This document shows positions 12,078 to 28,005 of a stretch of DNA of 64,000 nucleotides, piece by piece (position 1 is the first letter of the stretch; each line of letters begins with the position of its first letter). Source of the DNA: Cystobasidiomycetes sp. EMM_F5. Taxonomy: Eukaryota. The notes under the pieces were generated by a model. The model made no database searches, was not told the DNA's origin, and saw only the letters and a program-made list of their open reading frames with translations. Position numbers and translations under genes: made by a program. The DNA is taken from assembly GCA_051047955.1 (NCBI GenBank), contig JBPGPT010000030.1, positions 62,001 through 126,000 of the forward strand. Reading direction: 5' to 3'.

Positions 12078-15000
12078 ATGTCACCGGTAGCGGTCAATGG
12101 AAACGGGGCTCACGCCAGCTCTGGCCCAGCCTCAGCAATCCTGCAAAAGCTCTACTCGGCTCCAGACGCTGTAGCTTGCTCAGAGGCAGCAGCCGAGCTT
12201 GCAGATTTTGTGCAGCAGAATGGCCTTCGGAGCCTAGAGGAGGCAGATATTTCTGCAGATTTGATACGGGCATCAAAGAACACCAAGAGCGGCTACGAAC
12301 GCGAAGGAGCAATGGTGGCACTCGAAGAACTCTTCCGTCGCGTAGGCAAACTCAAGGGCGCCGAACCATACTTCCTACCATTCCTGCCAACAATCGTCGA
12401 GCGATACGCCGAGCAGGGCAAAGCGGAAGTCGTCAGAGAAGCTGCCGTCAAAGCGGGCAAAGCTCTCGTACAACTTCCACCAGCGTTATATACGCCGAAA
12501 TTTATTGATGCATTGTTCGATATTATGGACAACCCAAGCATAAAGTGGCGATCAAAGGCTGGCGCCCTCGACTTGTTGGCTACTTTCCCAGCAAGAGCAA
12601 AGGATGTCTTGGCGGAGCGGTTGGACGAATATATTCCGCGTATGGAGAAACAAATGCGGGATTCCAAACCTGAGGTAGGGCCGCTCGACAAGTGCCTATG
12701 TCGACAAGCGTACTAATATAGACTAACGCGGACCCTGCAGGTATCATCCGCAGCTATCAAGTGCGCCGAAAAGCTATGCTCCGTCATGAGTAACCCAGAT
12801 GTCATTCCCTTCATTCCCCTCCTGGTACAATGTATGGCTCGTCCTGATCAGCTTGCAGAAGGTGTCAAAAAGCTATCTGCCAACGTCTGGGTGCGCGATG
12901 TGGACAGACCTACACTTGCTGTTCTTGTCCCGCTACTCGGCCGCAGCTTAAACGAGCGAGCCACCACTGTTCAAAGGCAAACTGTCATCTTGATCAGCAA
13001 TTTGTTCAAGCTTGTCCGTTCAGTCGACTTGGCTAAGCAATACGCACCCATCCTACTGCCCGGTGTCACCAGGATAGCAGAAGGTGCTGCCTTCCCGGAA
13101 ATCCGTGAATTCGCTTCTGAAGCAAAGCAATCTTGCGAAAACTCGATGGGTGGAGTAGACGCTGCGGCCACAAACGGTACTTCGTCAGCTGCTCCACCAA
13201 ATTCTGAAGACGAGGCTCTTGCCTATCAGGAGCTCCAACAACTATTCACCAAGCAGAATGGTGGAGTCGAGGCAGATGTCTTTGCGCAGATTGTGCTGCG
13301 CTATGTCTCGTCTGGCATTGCCTCACTTGTCAAAGACCGTAACTTTGACGAGGCTACCTGGCAGGGCACCTACCTCGGACCTTACTTGGCTCGCTTCTTC
13401 GATGACATTACCGCAAAGTCGATAGTTACCGAAGCTATGAAGTACTGGCTTGAGGTTGACAAGGTCCGCAATGCGTCAGATGCAGACGAAGATGATGACG
13501 GTCAAGGAGAGCTCATTACAAACCTCGAGTTCTCTTTGGCGTATGGTGGACTTCTTCTGCTGAATCACACAGTGCTCAAACTGCGTCGTGGTCATCGGTA
13601 CGGCGTTTGCGGTGCCAATGGTGCCGGAAAATCAACGTTGCTCAAGGCCATTAATCGCCATCAAATCGACAATTGGCCAGAGCACCTGACAACCTTCTAC
13701 GTTGAGCACGACATTGATGGCGTAGAGGATGAGAGCTCATGTTACGAATTCTTGCTCAAGGATAAGCATATCCTCAAAGTTGGTGCAAAATCGGAAGATA
13801 TCAAACGTATTCTAACAGAGTGCGGCTTTGACCAAGATCGTCAAGACACACCCGTGCCAAGACTATCCGGTGGATGGAAGATGCGCCTTGCTCTTGCTCG
13901 GGCTATTGTATGCAAAGCAGACCTACTCCTCTTGGACGAACCGACAAATCACTTGGACACGGCCTCCATCGCATGGGTGGAAAGCTATCTGACCTCCCAG
14001 AAAGATGTTACCGTACTAGTCGTATCACACGATAGTGGCTTCCTCGATAATATTTGCACCGACATTATTCACTATGAAAGCAAGCGCCTCGTGTATTACA
14101 GAGGTAATCTGGCTAAGTTTGTCGAGAAGCACCCTCCCGCCAAATCCTACTACACACTCTCCGCCTCTGTCGTCAGCTTCTCTTTCCCGCCGCCCGGTTC
14201 TCTGATGGGTGTTCGATCAAAGACTCGTGCAATTCTAAAGATGTCAGACTGTACTTTCACATATCCCGGATCCGCCAAGCCCTCATTATACAATGTATCC
14301 TGCGCGGTCACCCTCTCCTCGCGAGTCGGAGTGGTCGGACCAAACGGTGCTGGAAAGTCGACCCTGATCAAGTTGCTCACTGGCGATACAGTACCAGACT
14401 CGGGCAAAGTCGAGAAGCACCCAAATTTACGTGTGGCATACGTTGCTCAGCATGCATTTGCGCATCTGGAGCAACATTTGGAGAAGACTGCGTGCCAGTA
14501 CATTCAATGGCGGTACCAAGATGGGCACGATCGCGAGCTGACACAGAAGGCTACGCGCATCTTGAGCGACGAAGATAAGCGTCTCCTTGACACGCCTGTC
14601 GAGGCAAAGACTGGCGAGAAGCGGTTTATCGAACAGCTCATCGGTCGACAGAAGCTAAAGAAATCCTACTCTTACGAAATCAAGTGGAGAGGCTTAGAAC
14701 ACAAGCACAACAGCTGGATCCCGCGTGAACGATTGTTTGAGCTTGGATTCGCCAAACTTGTTCAGCAATTTGACGATTTTGAAGCGTCCAGAGAAGGATC
14801 AGGATCTCGCGAGTTGTCGTTAAAGACTGTCAGGCAGGCACTCGAAGAGCTCGGTCTCAATGGCGATCTGGCGCAGTACAACGAGATCAAGGGTCTGTCA
14901 GGAGGTACGTCGCGCTTGGTCGAAGCTGGAGCACTTCTGACGTAGTCGCCATGCAGGTCAAAAGGTCAAGGTCGTCCTTGCTGCTGCGTTGTGGGCGAAG

Positions 15001-15563
15001 CCTCAGGTGTAAGCTGATCTGAAACGATGCATATCGTCACTTGCATCTGATTTGAAGACAACAGATTGATTCTCGACGAGCCTACGAATTTCTTGGATCG
15101 AGATGCACTGGGTGGGTTGGCTGTTGCTATTCGCAACTGGGATGGTGCATTTGTGTGCATCACGCACAACAAGGAGTTTAGTTCTTCCATCTGTCCGACA
15201 ATCTGGAACGTCGAGGCTGGTCGCTTGATCCACCAAGGCAAGGTCGAGATTGTGGAAGATGCATTCGAGGACGGCAAGTCTAGCAAGCCGTCTTCTCGAG
15301 CTGCTAGTCGACTGGCAAGTCGAACGGGCAGCAAAGCCAACAGTCCTTCATCGACGGCTGCCAACTCTGCAGCCAATAGTGCAGACGAGTCATCACCTGC
15401 TGTGGTCGGTACTGACGGTATTCCCATGCCCGTCATCAAGAAGAAGAAACTCACGCGCAAACAGGTGAAGGAGCGCGAAGACCGGAGACGAGCGCGTACG
15501 CTTGCCTTCCTGACGAGCTCCATCCCTGGAACGAAGCGCGAGAGCGACACGGAGAGCGATTGA
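12078..15563 (+). CDS. NEW1: eEF3-family ABC-F ATPase, New1/Elf1 type
   Basis: HEAT-like N-terminus, two ABC cassettes (GANGAGKST, LSGGWKMRLALARA, GPNGAGKST), a chromodomain-like insert (YSYEIKWRGLEHKHNSWIPRE), and a New1-type tail KKKKLTRKQVKEREDRRRAR. Confidence 0.88.
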
Positions 15564-15832
15564 GGAGTCATTGATAGGCAGTACAGTCAGTAGATATTGG
15601 GCTTTCTCGCTGGTTCTTTGAATGTTTGTTGGCACCACACTCGCATCACTCTAGACGTTATTATGATAATCCACCAATGTCTGCAATATCATCATGTTTT
15701 CATGAACCTTTCTCGTGCCCGATTGCACCCTCGACGCGGCTGATATCTCGGCCACTTGGACGATAAACAGCGGATAGGACGTCCGACTCGCGCATCGCAA
15801 TAAAGTTGAAGACTGGCCAGCTGTTGGCAGGG

Positions 15833-18509
15833 ATGGCAGCTGCACGGCATGGACGAGGACCGCGAGAGGTGGTCTCTGCAGATATTGGTGAACGGGGCAG
15901 GTGAGTTCAGAGGTCGCTGGGGCTGCCTGGGCAGGAAATAGCCAATGGCACACCCAGCCAGCAGGCGATGCACGGTACACAGGCTGACAATGAAGCACGC
16001 AGACGCACTGGAGTCGCCATGCCCCGACAAGGCGAAATACGGCTGACCCAGGACGGCTTTGAGGATCCAGACGAGTTCTTCAAGTCGCCCCCGCCTCAAG
16101 CTGGACCATCGACGTCGACCATTTCAAAGCCCATACACTCCCAACTATCCCCCGTTCGCAGCTCGCAGCCGCTTCAGATCCCGTCCAGCGCCGGAAAGCG
16201 AGCTCGGCCCGCAAACAGACCAGACGTGACATCGGATCTAGGCATAGTCGGCAGGTGCGCAAGCATACGTTTATGCTACACGCAGTACTAGACTAAATCT
16301 TGAAACTGAAACGACTGCAGAAAAACAGGAGCAGCTATAGTATCTCACCGAAGAATGCCGCTCGCTGCAAATGGGTTTGAAGACATGGACGCCTTTTTCG
16401 CTCAGAAACCAGCAAGTATACCGCCTATCAAGCGTCGAAAGGTCCTTGATGCAGACAATAACGCGGGCGAGGATGACTATGACAACGACGTAACTGCTAA
16501 CTACGGGGCAAGAGGGGAACGGCCGAGAAAGCCGAGCAGTCTGGGTAAACGACCTATGCGGCATGACTCGGACCAAGACGAAGAGCAGGGAGACCGCGAT
16601 AGTGATGAGCAAGCCGTAAACAACACTTATACGGAAGGTGTCGATGTGGAAGAGCAGTCGGAGAGTGAGGAGGAAGAGGAGGAGGCGCAGGTTGAAGACA
16701 GCGAGAGTGAAGTACAAGGCAATATTCCGCAGAACCAGCCACTCGAGGACGATGATGACGATGTTTCGGAGCAAGAAGATGACGGAGGGACTCGGACCAT
16801 GGATCTAGATGGCAGTAGGTTCCGTTTGTATTGACCTCCAGACTAAGTCTTGGCTGATGGTCAATGCTAAATAGGCTCGTATTTTGCAAAGACGTCGCGG
16901 TCACTCGCCGATATCGCTGGGCCGTCGATGAGCAGCAAATCCCGTCGAGTATCCGATACTTCAAATTTAGCGAAGTCTATAGCCCGGAACACGAGCGATG
17001 ACTTTAGTTCGAAGCAGAGTACTGCGAGGCGGCAGAATACGACGACTGGCACACCGCGACTAGCGACCCGGTCTCGAGGTAGTACTTCATCAGACAACGA
17101 CGATATTCGCAGTAGTCTGGTCAAATCTACGAGCCGCTCGGCGGAAAAGTCCCGTCGCTCAATTGAAAGACGTAGTGAATCACCAGTACAATACCGAACC
17201 ACTCAACCATCAAGGCGTTTGTACAGAGGGGCCAGCGATGAGGACAGTGATGATGCTGTTGATGCTGGCCGAACCGCTGCACGACAGCCGCCTACGCGAT
17301 ATGAAGCCGAGCCTCCGCAAGAATTAGAATTCGATCCAGGGGACGATTACCCCGATGGACCAGGTGTTGATGATTACGGCGATGAACAAGGTTACGATGG
17401 ACAGCAGAATGATGACGATGGCATCGACGAAGATGAGGGACAGGCGGATGAGCCAGATTCTGACGACAACGACCCTCTACCGCCCATACAGGAAGCAGAA
17501 GACGATTTCGAGACTGAAGCTGGTACTCCGCAACTCCATCCGCGGCCCACGAAGCAGCGACAAAAGATTGGCGGAAGGGCTGAACAGGACGCTAGCTCGA
17601 AACCTGTACTCAAACCACCCGCGCCGTCTCGGAAGCGAAAACGGCACGATGTTGACCATGATGGCGTCCGCCGATCAGAGCGAGATAGGACGCACCCTCT
17701 CGAGTTTTGGAGAGGAGAGCACATAAAGTACCGTCGACGAGATTCGGGCATCAACGTCTATTACGAAAAGGTTGGAGTTGAAGGTCGGCCGAAACCGCCG
17801 GTGAGGTCGTTGGTCAAAAAGAAGAGTGTGGGGCCGAATGGACGTGCGGGAAGCGTAAATGCGAATGCGCAGCGTGGGAGATCGGTGAGAAGTCAGAGTA
17901 CTACGGCTGGTGCGGGAAACGCGAATGGGAATGGCGTGGACGAGGATCGCAAAGAGCAAGATTGGGCACAGTGGGACGAGGAGACTGAGCCGGATGGCAT
18001 CGTGTGGGATTATGTGGAAGGCAAAGAAGTGCGAAAGAGTGAGTGGTATTCACTGAGGTGCATGTGACACCCAGCTAAAAGCGTCCAATCGACTACTGCA
18101 CAGGAGTGGCCTTCACTGCGGCCATGCTCGATCCACACCCTACAAAACAACACGCCTACAAGTTTCAGCGCGTCTTTACAGACGGCGATTTCCTGGCTGG
18201 AGGCATTCTCATCATTCCACCCAACGAGAGCAAGCCTCTCAAGCCTGCCAAGGACAATTCCTATGTATGTTGGAGTATATATGTACATAGTGTTGGCTGA
18301 CACTCTGGATGCAGATCCTCTTTTGCCATCAGGGCGCGGTCCGGGTCTTGGTGCATCGTACAGAATTCTCCATCGCCAAGGGGGGCTTCTTCTTTATCCC
18401 TCGCGGTAATTCATACCTGATTACCAACCTGGCCGACGTGGATGCCGTCCTGTGCTTTACCCAAGGCCGTGAGATTGTGGTTGAGGCCGGGCCGGCTGTG
18501 GACGAGTGA
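15833..18509 (+). CDS. MIF2: Centromere protein C / Mif2 (inner kinetochore)
   Basis: N-terminal GRxTG...GFEDxDxFF motif; CENP-C motif GVRRSERDRTHPLEFWRGEHIKY; C-terminal cupin (FQRVFTDGDFLAGGILIIPP, FFIPRGNSYLITN). The start at 15833 is inferred from intron 15901-16002. Confidence 0.9.
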
Positions 18510-18580
18510 AGGTGTTTGGAGGGGGCGATGTGACTCTGTCGATACAAGCATCAGACGAGAGACACTACGCCAATGACGTA

Positions 18581-18958
18581 CTACTGCTCACACGCTGCCG
18601 GGGGAAACATTGCATCGACGATTGCGCTGTGGGGATTCGAGTACTCGCAGGCCAGGCACACTGCACCGGGATACAGCATTGCCATGTCGCAGACGATCGA
18701 GTCGCACGACTTGCAGTAGTGCTCGAGGGCGGTCACTCTGCACTCCCCGGCTGGCAGGGTGTCTGCACCGCCAAACTCGGCAAAGCGGAGGATTGCACGC
18801 CAAGTCGCGTCTAGCTGCGTAATGCCCAGCAGACGGGTGCAGGTCAGAGCGAGGGCGGGTATGCACGATGGGCCAGAGCGGGCGGTGATGAGGATGAGCA
18901 CTTCGTCGGGCAGTCGTAGCATTCGAGGGGTGTCCGAGTCTGTAGCAGGAGGAGTCAT
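18581..18958 (-). CDS. Small F-box-like protein
   Basis: MLRLPDEVLILITARSGPSCIPALALTCTRLLGITQLDATWR fits the F-box consensus; Cys-rich C-terminal half. The 3' end is uncertain because of a possible GTGAGC donor near the stop. Confidence 0.55.
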   Translation of the reverse strand: MTPPATDSDTPRMLRLPDEVLILITARSGPSCIPALALTCTRLLGITQLDATWRAILRFAEFGGADTLPAGECRVTALEHYCKSCDSIVCDMAMLYPGAVCLACEYSNPHSAIVDAMFPPAACEQ

Positions 18959-19124
18959 GGGCAGACTGTAGACTAGAATATCTTGGTGATTATAGCTGGG
19001 AATGTCTGAAATGCTTGCATGTTTATTAGAGTACAGTATTCGTCACATTGCCAAGCTGATTAATATGTTATTCAAATGGAGTTCATTCTGGAGGCCTCCT
19101 TTCTCTCCCCCCTCACACGCCTCG

Positions 19125-22534
<3,410 letters not shown>

Positions 22535-22764
22535 CGAGCTATCTCCGTTGTGTTCTTCGTTAGTCGCGCTGACAATCCGCAGCCCCATGTAGCGATAGCG
22601 ATTCTATGCAGGCACTGTTTGCAATGCCGTTTTGCATTATCAAATCTGTATCACATCTGCCGTACACTACGTGTATAAATCGGACGGCTACGCTTGATAT
22701 TTACTACGTATGGTTACGAATTCTTCCCTACTGCCTGCAATAGTCCATTGTACTGCTGCTGCAT

Positions 22765-24414
22765 TTATGGCAAACCTTGATAACCGAAAGTAACATTTTG
22801 TGGAATGCTACTGTTGACGCACTGGCCGTTTGCAATGTCCAGATTAAGCAAGTCTAGGATGGCGGCTACATCAGCCAGACTGCGGTGCCTCGCAGTAAAT
22901 TCCCACAACTGAGACTCACCACTTGGCTGGACGTAGAAGAAGTATTGAGACGAGTTTACATTTCTAAACTCCTTGGTATCGTATGGCAGCTTGTCTGACG
23001 GATCAGTTGCCGAGGTATTGCGGATAAAGATGCATGCGAGCTGGGACGGGAACATTTGTGCGATTTGCGGGTACGCGGTGAGGAGCGAAGATGACGACGT
23101 GTCGCCGACGAGCACGAACTTGCGGCGGGGAAAGGTCTCAAACAGCCTTTGCAAAGATTGGGATCGAGCATCAAGGATGGAGGAAGGTTGAGTCAGATTG
23201 ATGGGTCGCATTTCAAGAGATCCGAAGGGGTAGTTGTTGAAGAGGTATTCGACGTATGTCCTCGTCAGCTCGAGAGGAGTTGTCGTGTCGTAATGGAACG
23301 CGGGGCGAGGCAGCGTTTTTGCCCAATGAGCAAACACTTCGGGCGTATTTGCGTAGTTGACGTATGGCTCCACAAACGAGTTCTTGAGTCCATTTTGAGG
23401 AATGTACACCTAGGTTAAAGGAAAACGTAAGTTTGGATGTGCAATTCCTTTTCTCGGCGCGACATACTTGAGTGACTCGGAGGACGTCGTCGATATCGCT
23501 AATGACGGAGATACCTGGAACCAAAGGTGAGTCTCCCGCACAAGCTTGGACTCGGTAGAATGAACCTACCAGTCTCTGGTACAAGGATGGAAGAACCATT
23601 GCCCGGTCCAGAGTAGCCCTGAGCGTAGAGCTGTACGATTGTCGTGTTCTGCAGCTGAGTTGAGTTGCCAGTCATGTTACCAAGGCCTGGGACGACTTGG
23701 AACTGGTCAATCTCGCCAAAATTGTCTGCCTGTTGTAGTTTGACGGGAGTGGAAACGTTTCTTCCATTGTAGACGACTTGTACGGTGACATTGTTAGCAT
23801 TAGGGATAGGAATCGAAGCCAGATCGGTCGTGCGGTTTGTCAGTAGGGCTCTCTCTGTCGAGTTGAGTGTAGAGTTGCTCAAGCCGAGGAGTTGAGCGGC
23901 TTTTGTGACTTGGGATTCATCGATCGTGGGGAGCTTGTAGACAAAGGCGTTGAAGCGCACATTCCAACCTTGGCTTGTAAAGTTGGAGTAAGAGGGCACG
24001 ATGAGAGCGCTGGGAGTCTTGTTTGCGATTGAGCTGTCGTTGATGCCCAGAGCTGACCCAACTGCTGCTGGACCTGGAATGGATAGAACGGCAGAGGGTA
24101 GTGCCTGGGAAAGTTGCGAGAGGACTGGCAGGGAGGGCAATAAGGGTCAATTAGTTTCTCAATGTCAACCAATGTACAACCTTACCATCCGAGCTGATAC
24201 TGGCCAGATCAGACGAAGCTCTCGAAGTCACGCTGGCCACTGCTGATCCTGCCGACGAAGTTGCGCTGCCGACTGCAGAGCCTGCTTGTGCGGTGAGGCT
24301 GCTGACTGCCTGGGGTGCCGCAACGGGAGCTGGCAGCGGGAGTGGAGCTGGGGCGGCTGCCACGAGTGCTGCGAACGATGCTACCAGCGGCAACAGAGAA
24401 GAAGTGGACAGCAT
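22765..24414 (-). CDS. App1-like phosphatidate phosphatase domain protein (DUF2183) with predicted signal peptide
   Basis: GISVISDIDDVLRVT, FHYDTTTP, FPFGS-like YPFGSL, FPRRKFVLVGDT, YPQIAQMFPSQLACIFIRN; hydrophobic N-terminus MLSTSSLLPLVASFAALVAAAP. Confidence 0.78.
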
Positions 24415-24703
24415 GACTGATTGTAGTGTAATGTTTTGGGGGAAAAGAGCGTCAAAGCAAGAACAAGGCAATTTACTTCCAATTCAAACATATACACACA
24501 CACACTTTACGCCCCTCTTACTTCGGTCAATCAGTGACGACTGCTGCGCGTAGCCGGAGCACTATAAATAGCAAGGGACGTCACTGCAGAAGATTCAAGC
24601 CAAATAGGCAGGCAGGCTCGAGTGTGGAGATGATGCAAATGTTTGTACAGGCTGCACTATGTACAGTGTAGTGGATACAGACGCAGTGCAACGCTGTAAT
24701 TAC

Positions 24704-25834
24704 TCAGCCGCGTCCGACCAGCGATGGCATATTTGTCGCCATGATGGTATGGAAGAGCACATTGACGTCCAGGGGCAGACTCGCCATATAGACGATGGAG
24801 GTAGCGACGTGCTTCACGTCGAACGTAGGCTCCTTCTTCAGACTGCCGTCCGCTTGCGGGACGCCGGGACCATCTCCCATCTTAGAACCCATATCCGTCG
24901 CCGCATTGCCTGAGGACAGTATTCAGCGCTCCATCGACGTGTACAAACTGTCTGCTTACCAATATCTATCTGAGACACTGCTATACTATACTTACGCCCA
25001 TCCAGGGCAGCCGACTGCAGGCAGAGCAAGGGTCGGTGATGCTAGTCTCCGCAATTTGGTGTAAGCAGGATACCCACCTTCGTTAGTCCAGATATGGCAT
25101 GCTTGGACGCAGTGTAGGCCGCAGAACCAGGTCTCGGCGTGTATGCAGATATGCTACCATTGTTGATAATGCGTCCTCCTTGCGGGGATTGGGCCTTCAT
25201 CACTTTGAAGGCTTCTTGCAGGACTTTAAACGGGGCTATCACATTGACATCGAGCACTCTTTGAAAGTTCTCGAGAGTCATCTGCTCCAATGATGGGGCG
25301 CCAAGCGAGATGCCCGCGTTCTGATGACATAATATGTTACGTTAGCAAATGTCAGCCGTGTAATGGCTAGCCACGCCCGTACATTGAAAACAACGTCCAC
25401 TCTGCCTGTGAAGCCAATAACACTTAGACCGGGTTGCTGAGTGATGACGGGCAGTCTGGCTTGGCTCACCAAACTTCTCGACCGTCTCGCTGAAGAGTCG
25501 CTCCACAATCTTGGGATCCGTCTACACGAGACCAGCGCCATCGCACCAGAAGATTAGTCCATAGCCTGAGAAACGGATCTATTCCACACCAGCTCACCAA
25601 GTCGCCTGCGACTGAGTGGACTGATTTGATCTGGCTCGCGACCTCCTTTAGCTTTCCTTCGTCTCTCCCGGTAATGGTAACGCTCCATCCTGCTTCCCCT
25701 AAAGCGATAGCTGCTGCGCGTCCAATGCCTAAATACACACGTTTGCTTTAGTTTGTTTCCCCATCCAACCTCGAGTTCCTCCAACTTTGCTCACCTGCAC
25801 TCGACCCCGTAATGATTGCGACTCTTCCAGACAT
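24704..25834 (-). CDS. Short-chain dehydrogenase/reductase
   Basis: [65 protein letters not shown] (YxxxK), [15 protein letters not shown]. Confidence 0.92.
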
Positions 25835-26099
25835 AGTGCGATCAACAAGCAACTAAATGAAGACGGCGTAGTGTTCTTCCAGCAGTCGATACTCAAGATA
25901 CTAAACTGCTTCAAGGTCTCTCAGCCATAGCCTGTAACATCGGAGTCTTTCGAGCCGGGTTCTTGAACGAAAATAGGGGCTTGCGAATTTGGATAGCCGC
26001 AAGACTTCTGCTTGCCGCGACGTGCGCAAGCGCAAAGTGCGCAATGCGCTTGTTGTGTCTAGACTACAATCATACAAATACAGATTCACTGCAGCAATC

Positions 26100-27734
26100 A
26101 TGCCGAAGCATCTGATTCTTATTTGCGGGGCTCTCGTATGGGCAGACTCGAAGCTCAAGGGTGTGTAGTAGTAGCGCGGTCAATGTCTGGCCTGTACTTG
26201 CAATGAGGGCATAAGCTAATGTAGGAGACTTCTCTGCTTCAAGCCATGTCGTCAGACTTTGACTTTGTTGTGAGTCGCCTGCTTTCCGGTCCATATTTTG
26301 CATGAGGCTGACATATATTTTGGATCCGTCAACAGCGCCTAGATACTTCGCTCAACAAGCAGAGCTTCTTGAAAGAGTGCAAGGACGGAAAGTACTCCCA
26401 GCTCAAAGGCATCTACCGTCACAACACCTCGGCGGATAGTATCGGAGTATTCGATGCGGAACTGGTCGCCGGTCTCCCTGAAAGCATGAAGGTCCTTGCT
26501 CACAATGGAGCTGGATACGGTTGGTCGCCCAGAATTAGCACAGTGCTCTTTGCTGACGACTTCCTTGGGACATGCAGACCAAATTGATATTCAAGCTTGC
26601 TCGAAACGAGGTATGTCTGGTAGCGGAGATGCATTACAAATAGCCAAATGCGATGAGACGAGGTAAACGTTGACATCTGAACTTCTAGGCATTCAAGTCT
26701 CCAACACTCCGGCAGCAGTCGATGACGCGACCGCTACAACAGCCATGTTTTTGATTCTGTCGTGCTTTAGGCAATACTGGCCTGCACAGGTTAATGTCCG
26801 TGAAGGAAAGTTCAAGCAAGGACTCAAGCGTGAGTGAATACCATGTGCGCCACTGTAGAAGCTGCATGTTTAGCTCATCGTATGTCTACATCTAGCCGCG
26901 CACGACCCTGAAGACAAATTACTCGGAATAGTTGGAAGTCAGTGATAAATTGCTGGTATCATGTTATGTTTCTTCACTCTGATGACTTTTGAACCGAAAT
27001 TCTACAGTGGGCGGAAGTGAGTAAGATTGGAAGACTGCCTTCGATATTCCAAGTTCAAGGTCATGCCCGTCAGTTGGATCTGCTATTGCGAAAAGAGCAC
27101 AAGGCTTCGGCATGAAGGTAGCCTACCATAACCGAAACCCTGTATCGCAAGACAAGCTTGAAGGACTGGTATGGCTCCCTGAGTATCGTTGCATAGAGTA
27201 ATGCCTGACCGCGGAAATGACCTTATGCTATTGCAGGAGTCGGTGACATACGAAAAGGATCTCCATACACTACTGGCAAAGGCAGACTGTGTAGCTCTCT
27301 CCCTGCCATTGAACGCCAACACCAAGGGCTTCTTCGATTCAAGCAAGTTCAACGCGATGAAAGACGGTGCGATTCTTGTGAACACTGCCAGGGGAGGCGT
27401 GCTCGATGAGGAAGCTATGATTAGCGCATTAGAGTCTGGAAAGGTAGGCAGAGTTGCAAGCATGCAGCTTGAACGAGCCGCTTGCTAAACATACGTGTCC
27501 GGTTCACACTTTCGCACACAGCTATCTACCATCGGTCTCGATGTCTACCCCAATGAGCCCGAAATCAATTCGCGCTTGGTCAGCAACCCTAAGGCAGTCC
27601 TCCTGCCTCATGTCGGCACGGAGACGGAGGAGTCACAAGAAAAGATGGAGGTTCGTGCTCTCGACAATCTCGTAGAGTATTTCAAGGGCGGCAAAGTGCG
27701 CGATACCGTCATTGAACAAAAAGGGAAGCTGTAG
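26100..27734 (+). CDS. D-isomer-specific 2-hydroxyacid dehydrogenase (glyoxylate reductase-like)
   Basis: HNGAGYDQID, VSNTPAAVDDATA, LGIVGMGGIG (spliced), LVNTARGGVLDEEA, GLDVYPNEP, LLPHVGT. Confidence 0.92.
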
Positions 27735-28005
27735 TGAATGGATGCATCTGCGCATTCTCGAGCATACTTGTACTATGAATGATTGTCAGACGTAAGTTGT
27801 GGTTGCGCCATAGAGTTCCGCAATGTTGGAGCGGAGTCTGCAGAACGTAGGACAGACCAATTCGATTCGATACCGCTCTAGCTCGACCACTGACAAAGCA
27901 GACCATACACCATCTATTGTCTTACACCTGGCCTAAGCGAGGCCGTTGACTCCGGCAAGATGATAAAACTTTCGGGCCTGCACGCTGGACGGGACTAATG
28001 TTGGT

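Noticed and set aside
12078..12400. New1 prion-forming N/Q-rich domain
   Set aside because: Not present; the protein goes straight into HEAT-like sequence, which I would expect outside budding yeasts.
18625..18660. GGGGATTCGAG looks like a tRNA T-arm
   Set aside because: No cloverleaf or A-box can be formed, and it lies within the F-box ORF on the opposite strand.
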